In this document: piece after piece, positions 54,056-64,000 of the stretch
Layout of the letters: the number at the start of each line of letters is the position of its first letter
Position numbering within the stretch: position 1 is the stretch's first letter
Origin: Chrysomallon squamiferum
Lineage: Eukaryota > Animalia > Mollusca
DNA length: 64,000 nucleotides
Reading direction: 5' to 3'
Assembly (NCBI GenBank): GCA_012295275.1
Contig: CM022672.1
Location: forward strand, 25,110,001 to 25,174,000
The notes under the pieces: generated by a model
What the model was told of the DNA's origin: nothing
The model's database searches: none
What the model saw: only the letters and a program-made list of their open reading frames with translations
Position numbers and translations under genes: made by a program

Positions 54056-57000
54056 TGACTTATGTTTGTATGTACACAAGCCTGTATTATGTAGATATGT
54101 ATGTAATTATGGTTTGGTTTCAAGCGACAAGACCACTTAAACATGGTAACCTTTTATCATTTAATCTGCCATATTACTTGTTGTGTTTGAGTTCAAGGTT
54201 GAAACCGATTAGGATATTTGATATCAGTAACATCGTACAGAACATTACTTCGTCCTCTGTGACCCTAAGTACATACTTAACGATTATTATTAAATTTCTA
54301 TGACATTCATTACACTTTAACACTATATACTTGTATTTACATTATAAACAGTATGACGTTGGTTATACCATGCTTCATACTGTTAAAATTTAGTTTAAAA
54401 AAATACTAATACCTTTTTCTTTTCTGTATATGTTAAGTGGTTATCGAAATGGCTGTCTACCATATTTCAATGGAGAAACAAAAAAATTAAAGTTTAAGGA
54501 ATTATTTTTATAGCTACAAAGAACCGTATTAATGTGTATAAAGTTAAATTTACGTTGAAAATATGAATTAGACGTGGTGTTATACCGAGATGGAAAGAAT
54601 ACTGTTAAATGTTGGCTGAAAGATTTTATTATCGATGCATATTGATGTAACATTAAATACAGACAAAACGATTAAACGCTAGATTGAAAATATTGAAACT
54701 GTCAAACACTTCAGTAGATATTCTGCAATAAAATATTTTTAAAATTAAATTATTATATGCTATATTTAAAAAAAAGAAACAAAAATTTAAACAAAAAACA
54801 AACAAAGAAAACAAACAAAAAACAACAACAAACAACCCAAATAAAATAACAAAAATAAATAAAAAATAAAAAATAAATAAAATAAAATAAAATAAAACCA
54901 AACAAAAAACCCAGTTTCAATATTTATGACGTATATTCTTCAAAAAAGATTACTTCAGACAGATTTCAAAACAGGCTTAATGAGATATTTGGCTTGGCAG
55001 TAAAAAGCTTAAGGAAAAAACATTATTAAACCTTTTCCAGTACTTTTAAACCAATATAAATAACTGTTTATTTACAAAATACTTTTGTGTAAGCACAGTC
55101 TTTGTTCAAGTTTACTGTTATAATCACTCCTACCTTACATCTATACAAACCATTGTTTTCTGTTTGTCACCAAACTCAACCGTGCGGAAATAACAAAACA
55201 AAAAGTAAAAGCAAAACGAACACAGCATTCCACATCACTCTTCAACACTTATTTTGCCATTGTCAAGACAATCCAAGGACTTACATTAATTATTTACATT
55301 GACAAGGATCATCGCGTTTCCTACCATTTCAGAACAAACATCCTTCAGAAACACTAACATCTCTTTCCCATTAGAGGTGGAAATGTTTCAAAACAAACCC
55401 TCAACATTTGTCGTGCGTATTTATCTAGTAAAAAGGCTTTTGTCGTCACTGCAATCACCCTCTGAATGTGAGGAATCTTGAGAGTATTTGCAAATACCGT
55501 TGAGAAAAACTCTACATCGATATCCAGTGGACACTGTGTTGAATGGTCTACTTGTATGTGTCTAACGTTTGTCCTTTCCATATGTTAATCCAACTCTATT
55601 CTTATCACAAAGTACATTCTCTATGTTTCCTCTTGAAAACGTGTCCTTTGTGTGTTTATGCATGTGTGTGTGTGTGTGCGTAAATATCATCACATATACA
55701 TGTGCATTCATACAATCACGCACATATATTCACACATATATTCATAGACACAAAAACACACATCTGATACATACATAGATGAATACATTCATAAATACAT
55801 ATGAACACATAGATACATACATACATACATACGCACATACATAGATACATAACTACACGTACACACATACATAGAAATACAAACATATGCACAAAGTCAA
55901 CAAATAAAAAGATTCACCCAGAACAATATTCTGGATGTGTAATACTTTGCCATATTGAACTAAATGTTCCGTGTCTTTCTCCAGCAATACACAAAACAAT
56001 TCACTGTGGCACATCTTCGTTTAACATATTAATAACTAAATACCTGACTTGTCTGGGTTTGTAGTTGCGTGAACAAAGAACGCTGCAGAGCTTGCATGAC
56101 GTTGTCAGGACGCTGTAGACGCCTCATTTAGTATGAAATGGGCTGTGTGGATTTTCGTGATCACAGAACGATGGTTTAGGTCGGCTCCAAAAAATAATTT
56201 ATTTATGTATATTTCTGTCTGCCTGTCTGTTTATATATCTTTCTTTTCAATATCTCTATTTGATCTATTTTGCCTACCTGTCGAGATCCATCTGTCTGTT
56301 TGTTTATCTGATCTTTCTATCTATCTACCTGCATTTCTTTTATATAATATTTCTGTCTGTCTATCTAGTTGTCAGTTTGAATATCTGTATTCATGTATTT
56401 AATGGGTTTTTTCTCTCTCTCATTTCCCCTCAACATACCAATTGTCTACTTACCTAACTTCATATCTATCTACCTGTCCGTCAGTCTGTCTGTCTACCAG
56501 TCTGTCTCTATTTATCTAGTTTATCTCTTTTTTTATTTGCCTGTTTATCTCTCTGTCTGTATGTCTATCTCTCACTCTGTCTATTTATAGTTCTATCTGT
56601 CTGTCTGAATGTCTATTCATCTATCTTTGTATCTGTCTGTCTAGACCTTCCTAATTTAAAACCTAGACTTCTGATGTAATTTGTCTGTCTTTATCAGCCC
56701 GTTTTAAACGTCTTTCTATTAAAATTGTATATCATTTTATCTGAGACGGTTGTTCAGAAATACAAAATTAAATCGTTACTCTGGTGAATTCTCAGTGACA
56801 GTGGCTGCTGCTTTATTACACTTTACACGATGCTGTGAACCGTGGCTTTGGTATTTGCTTTAACAATACCGTGAAATGAAAAGCGATATAAATCTATCGA
56901 AGTCTGTTTACTTTAAGATCTACATCTGATAGAAGTCACAGGTTGACAGTAAATCAAGATTCCAGTTCAAATGGTGTAAAAACATTGGCTGTGGATCACT

Positions 57001-59494
57001 TATTATATTTACCGTGACGTATCATCTTTGAAAAAAAATAAAAAAAAACCAGCAGAAAATATTGTTTATTTGTATAAGAGTTTCACACACACAATCATAC
57101 ATGCACACCCCCATGCACACTCATATCTGCACCTATACGCTGATATGCATACATAAATATATAAGTGCATACATACTCAGATACATACATAGACATACAT
57201 ACATACATATACATACATTTGCATATAAACATACATCTCGCGCTCATCTAGACAAAAAAACAAACAAAATTTAGTACTATATGCACTTCGTTGTTTATTT
57301 AATAAAAAAGATTTCCTTTTTTTTCAACACCCATTAACAGTTAATTATAAGAATATGCATTGATTTATGGATAAAACAAAGAAAAAAAAAAATATTCATT
57401 AATTCATTTATTCATTGGTTAATTCTTTTTTTCTATCCATAAAAATTAATGTCTGAAAGATATGATCTGTTATGAAGCGTAAATTCATTTTTTTTTTTGT
57501 TTAACTAAAACGGATCTGTATGAAAATTTATATAAATAATCGTTTTTGTATTTTGATAGAAAACAATAATCAAATTTGTTTCTAGAGAATATGAAAAACA
57601 CAGTTCCTATGAAGTGACAAGAACAGTTTGGCTTTTAACTGAATTAATTAATTATTATTACATTGTAATTTTATTTTATTTTACTCGTTACTAGAAGAAA
57701 GATGAAACAACCTTTTATATTTCATTAATTCTAGTGTCATTTTGATGTCAACCATCTTTAAAACTGAAAGCTTTCATTAAAAAAAAAATAATAATAGTCA
57801 TCTAAATTATTACAATATCATGACACTGTCGCATGTTAGAACAAAACAGGTTCAGTGCGGAACTTCGCCGTCATTAACACTGCCCTGATTGTATAAATCT
57901 TTTGGTCAGTGAGGCACAATGGCTCTCGTGGACAACCGAAAAAAGCCGAGGAAGGTTGAGAAGAGTTGAAGTCGAGAGTGCCATCTTAATTAACAAGTCC
58001 ATTGTCCATCGTCTTCTATGAGTTTTCTAAGACAGAGGATGACCGCCAGGATGACCATCGTGGTCTAATTTAGGCTCGTGCGAGATTACGGCGAAGAAGC
58101 CCCAGTGAATAGACTCATATTGGTTTCATGAACAATCAGCCAATCTTAATACACGACTCGACGAGCTAATATCGAATACTGCAGACAGCTATCGGTTCAT
58201 CTCTGGCTTTAACAACGATTGCAGCTTCGAAATTCCCTTGATACGTGTTCAAGTGGATGTTGTTGTTGTTGAAGTAGACGATGTCGAGAATGTGATTTGA
58301 TAATGTTTGGTTGTATTAGAAAATGTCATGAAGAGCTGTTTGTTGCTTCATTTTAAAAAAAATTATTATTTTTTTTTTTAATAGGAAAAGAGAAATAGCG
58401 TTATTTAAAGATTCACTTTATATAATAATAATAATATAAAAGTAATGATGATGATGATGATGATGATGATAATGATAATAATAACAATACTTAAAATAAT
58501 AAGAATATATGAATGTATGTATGTATGTATGTATATATGTTTAATTATAACTTTTTCAAAATAAGAACGACACACACACACATACGTACGCACAAGGTAC
58601 ATTGTTCAGGAGGGACGAAGACGCTGTTGCATTTCTGCTTGTTAATACTGGAAACATTCTGTTCTTAAGTGGATTCCTGGCACTTTGGGGTATTTTATAC
58701 TGTCATATCACCTCCCGTACAGTTAATACCAGTTGACAAAACGTACTTAACTTGAAACAGTATCTCAAGGCATCCTGAAAAACGATCCACTCCTCTTTCT
58801 TGAAGAAATCAAACTTGGCTATACATTAAAACCCGTCCTCTCCGCTTAGCTACAGATTCGCCGTTGCCCACATTATTCCAAGCGACGGCGTAGCAGTCGA
58901 CCGCAGCGTTCTTAATTTACCATGACGGCAGCGACTGCCTCGGCGCCAGCTGTCCCACGTCCCAAAGACAGACTCGCCGCGCTGACTTTTTATTCATGGG
59001 CGAAACGCCGAAATAATTATCAGATCACGAGTGGATTATTGTCCAATTATCCCGGAAATGCGGAATTTATTGAGTGATCAGTCTCTAGAAACACTTGAGC
59101 ACGCGCAGTTAAAGCAGCATGAGGCTGGATGACTAAGTGTGCTCGTGCAGATGTTTTGTTTTATCGCTGTCTCGTGCATCACTGGATATCTCCAGTAAAA
59201 TATGTTTTAAACGTGTCCCGTGGATTCCCTCTTTCTCTCCGTTTGCAGGAGAATAATTCTTGGAATGTAATTACGGGGTATAAATTTCAATTATATTTCT
59301 GAAAGAGATTATTATTTTTTTTCTGTCTTATTGCAGATCATAATTTATCTTTCATTAAAACTCTGCAAGAGATTTTCAATTAATTGACCACAATTTATCT
59401 TTTATTTGAACTATTGATGAGAATTGTTTTCGATTAAATGTTTCGTTTGTGTTATCGCAAATAGAAAAGTGTTAGTCTTCTACATTTGCAATAA

Positions 59495-59697
<203 letters not shown>

Positions 59698-61782
59698 TTT
59701 GTTTTCTTTTTATTATTTAAAAAAACATACTTATTTCCTTCTTCTATGCTTGACTTTTTCTGCCTTGCGCCCTCTTTGTTTTATATATATATAGACCTAT
59801 ACATATTCATGACAAAGCTTTGCAGCTCTTCTCGACTAAGCTTTATTACTGCTCATGACTAACCTTTATCACCGTTTCGGTGCAACGCCCTTCTGCAGAT
59901 AAATTACACACATCGTGCGTGCGCTGACTCCCCCGGGTAAGACGATGCACGTTGAGAGCAAACATCGGTCGTGACCAACGGCGTCTGCAGGATTTAAATG
60001 CTGTTCAACGCTAAAGTTTTGCAAATTAAGTTCACGTGACGTCAAATAAAATAACGATAAAATAAATAAATAATAATATTTTTTCTTTTAAAGGTTCTGT
60101 ACTTCGCTGAAATGTTGAATTTTCGTTTTAAACAGATGCGCAGTTAATATACATTCATATGTACATACGTACACGCATGTATGCAAAAACTGTTTCTTTC
60201 AAACACAAGTATCAAAATATTCGAACCAATCTATTCCTTACGTATATAACAACAAACTATTTATATACATGTCCATCCATCGATATATGCATACATACTT
60301 ACAAACATTTATAAAAACAAACACTCATATATACATAAATACACATTTCTACCTACTTACCAAAGTTCGTACTTCTCTGTTATAGACACAGACACACACA
60401 CACACACACACAAATCGATTAAGAATGTCATTAACATCATACACTCTGAATCAGACGGTACATTAAGGCATAATTACATTGGACCATCTTTCAGCAAAAG
60501 ACGATGTAACGTCATTACCGTAACAAGCAACCCAGAAATCACAGCGGGCGAGAAGCTTGGCCAATTAAACAGTGAATTAACTTGGAAAGATAAAACAGGT
60601 GTGTGTACCTCCTGTGATCCGAAACACGCACTTGACTCGCTTGTTGGTTAAATCTGTTATGATGGGCTCAGTCTGATGTTCTGTTAGTGCTAAACGTAAT
60701 TCGCTGATCTCTATCCATGTGTAATGCACCCAAGACTGCGAACTTCATTTGCCTTATGAAACGAATTATTTTTTTTATATGAGCGAGTACTAAATGAATG
60801 TCTGATGAAGATGATGTGTTGTTACTCTATTTTCTTTTCTTTCTTTCTTAATTAATGTATGGTTGCTTTTGTTGTTGTTGTTGTTGTTGTTGTTGTTATT
60901 ATTATAATAATAATAATAATAATAATAATTATTATTATTATTATTATTATTGTTTGTATTTTCATGATACTAAAAAATCATTGCATCGTGATAATTACAT
61001 CCGACCATTTTAGGAAATATAGTGCCAGTATTTAACGATCGCGCGCGCGCGCGTGTGTGTGTGTGTGTGTGTGTGTGTAGGTGAATGTATGTGACTGTTG
61101 AGTAATTGTTCATCATTCTCTCTCACAATATACACCAATGTAAGTTCGTTTTTTTTTGTGTGTGTTTGTGACAGACCTACAAAATCACGCCAACAGTACA
61201 CCACATAATTCTTCACGTATACTACAACAAAACCAAAAAGACTTCGCAACGCCAAAGTACAGAACCTCTTTATTCTTTGAAATGCATGTATTAACATAAC
61301 GTAAAAAAGGTTATGCAGTTCAGCTGGCCCGCTTTGCACTACGTAAACTGTAGCCCACGACACATTGAGCAGGCCGTATCTAATTACATCAGACAAAACC
61401 ACACATTATTCTGTATCAGATGATTATATACACAGAACAGTGTAACTCACAAGATAATATAATACAATCTCCTGCCACAGAGCTGCATACTAAACTAATT
61501 CGTAATCGTTAGACATTTCGAATACAGGAATTGGTCAGCGTCTGAAACCAACACGGTTAGAAAATGAAAATAAAAATGCTAATTGAACATCTGTATGATA
61601 ATGTACTGTCAGTTATGAAAGAATTATTTGCTATTTATTGATAAGACGTTTAAATAAAGACAAAAATGGATTAGAATCAAAGCAAATAAAGTAAGCATTA
61701 AATTATACTGGTTCAGTTTCTGTTTACCATATAATGCGGGAAAAAAACTTCTGTTTGAATGTAAGTTGTTATGTTGGCTTTA

Positions 61783-61834
<52 letters not shown>

Positions 61835-64000
61835 TTTATTATGATTATGATGATGAAGATGAGAATAAAAATAAGGTCGATGATGAAAAATGATAATAAA
61901 ATGGTAATAATGACGGTATATTAACCAAAATTTATTACTTTTAAAAATTAATAATAAAATTAATGGATTAATATGAAGAAATAATAAATAAAACGGTCCG
62001 TCTCCTTTGCTGCCATTTGCATCATCTCTGTGTAGCTAATTTATTTCTAAGTCATCAAATGTATTCACTCAAGCAAAATTCTTCAACAGCGTCTTGGCAA
62101 AACGCTATAAATTACACACAACACTCTCTTTTGAATGTCGCCATCAAGACATGCATGTGCAGTTGTGAATCGGGTTATTGTATTATCTGCTCGGAATAAT
62201 CTTCTAATTGATTTCTCGGCCAGTCTCATCCCAAAGGGGAAAATGTCATCAATTTATAGCGGCATCCGCGTGGACCTGTCACCCGGTCCTGTGGATTCTG
62301 GTCTTAAATGATGCACGCTACACAAAGCGACCTCTTCGTGCTCCCAGACCCTGTCTGTAACCATCGCTAATTGAAACTGGCAGGGAGGGAATTGCTCTTC
62401 CTGCTCAAACAAGACTCAGGAAAACTATTCCGATGAACAAACTGAAGGTACAAATGAGCTTTTGTTAAGAACTTGCTCGTCCGTCGCGGAGATCGTTCGT
62501 CTTCGACAAACATCGAGGAAGGAATGTGTACAGGATGATGCATGTTCTGTACAAAACTATCGGTCATGGCCTGTCGCCCTTTGTAATGTATGTTTTCTTC
62601 GTGTATATATTTAATATGTCATTGTCAGAAACGTTATTGAATGTTCTGAACCTAATAGCAATTGAATGTTCTGAACCTAAAGAGGTCGCTGGCTGGTGTA
62701 TATTTGGGAACAGGTTTAACGTAACGATTGGAACAGGAATGGGCAAAGGTTTATGGCTGGAATAATATCGAGATATATATGTTTCAGAAATATACGTATC
62801 TTTTAAATAAATAAATATGACGTTGCATGGTATATGTCTTTGGTTCAGAACGGACTCCGGAGTTTTCATTACTTTAACATTAAACTATTACTAGGAGTGA
62901 CTCGATCCAAATGTGTAATAAAGCTATGAACTTTATCATATTTTGTTATCGCACTTGCAGATGAACTTTACATTTAACTGCCTAATGAATGATTCACTAC
63001 ATTGAGTAACATTGTTTTATCATCACAGCAACAGATATATTGTTCCCTGGGGTCTATTAACAGTTAATAATTTTATGGTAAATTAATTTTCTTTTCAAAA
63101 AAGCATTATCGATAATCAATACAGGCAAATAATATTAAATGTACATACACACATTTATTAATGCTGGAAAAAAAGAGACCAATCCAATAGAAATTAGAAG
63201 ACAAAAACAAACATTTAGCCTCAGTAAGTTCTGCTTTTATTCCAACACAAATGATATAAACAACATTCTTTGTATATCACTAATTATATATAATAATTTA
63301 ATTGGTCGTATTTCGTAATTTTATAAAAATTAATGTAATATATCCTCAATAAACTTATTATACACATTATATAACATTTACATGACATAAAAATACTTCC
63401 TAGCATCATAAAAACTATACAGAAAAACTTCAGTATTATTATTATACAGTTATAGACTAAAGAACATAATTGTTAGGGGCATTTTGCGAACAAGCTAATT
63501 ATTAACCAGCACATGTTCACTCATTTGGAGTAATGACGAGAAAACTGTCTCCACAATCGATACTGAATGTTTCTAGAAGATATAGCTGTCAGGAGTTTTC
63601 TCTCTAAGTCTCTGGATTACCAATAAAGCACGTGCTTACAAGCTGTAATTTTGAAGACGTGACGAACCAGCTCTCTTGTCTGGTCTTTTCATTACCAGCA
63701 GACCTGATTGCCATTAGACTGATGAGCCCTTTTTAACCAACATGGCCGCCATTCAAATATCGATAGAGCGGCAGACTAGACTAATCGAAAAAGTGATCTT
63801 AATAGAAAACATTTTTTTTTTTTATTATTCATTACAATTTTTTTTAACCACTGTTTGTTTAATTTTTTTGATTTTTAAAATTCTTAAAAATGTTTTTGAA
63901 AAAAGACAAAAAAAAAAAAAAATTTTTGTTTCGTTAAGTCAATTTCTGATCTTGCAAGTTAAACATATTTTTTGACTGGTATTTGGTGAATCGTCAAAGA

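Noticed and set aside
53779-54303. Several 65-174 aa ORFs (MYVC.., IHTY..)
   Set aside because: Translations of the (ATGT)n microsatellite; the same applies to poly-I, poly-Y, ER and LS ORFs elsewhere.
57830-58300. GC-richer block as a hidden coding exon
   Set aside because: The frames I checked are short and closed by stops, with no paired splice sites; treated as a non-coding island.

Overview
Very AT-rich, microsatellite-rich eukaryotic (animal) genomic DNA with short GT-AG introns. The repeat content and genes suggest a mollusc/lophotrochozoan (inference). Most ORFs in the supplied track are spurious low-complexity frames, so genes were rebuilt by hand from splice sites and exon phases. 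The left ~33 kb is gene-dense. It holds the 3' part of a SOHLH2-like bHLH gene (+, 303-3486) and an orphan type I membrane protein gene (-, 6295-12166) with a 1-nt frameshift in its large exon. Next come a complete 15-exon SCFD2 (Sec1/Munc18-family) gene (-, 13461-22567), a decayed spliced transposase-like region divergent from SCFD2 (+, ~24.5-25.7 kb) and a tentative second type I membrane protein with a 10-aa tandem-repeat tail (-, 28007-32670). From ~33.5 kb to the end I find no credible coding exon, only microsatellites, SINE/LINE remnants and CpG-richer islands that look like a cis-regulatory gene desert. Tigger/pogo, hAT, RTE and SINE remnants are identifiable. No rRNA, tRNA, CRISPR or recognisable miRNA was seen. 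I did not find a clearly novel biological system. The best leads are the two orphan membrane proteins, the SOHLH/SCFD2 ParaHox-linked synteny, a mosaic CpG pattern and possibly horizontally transferred Tigger elements.
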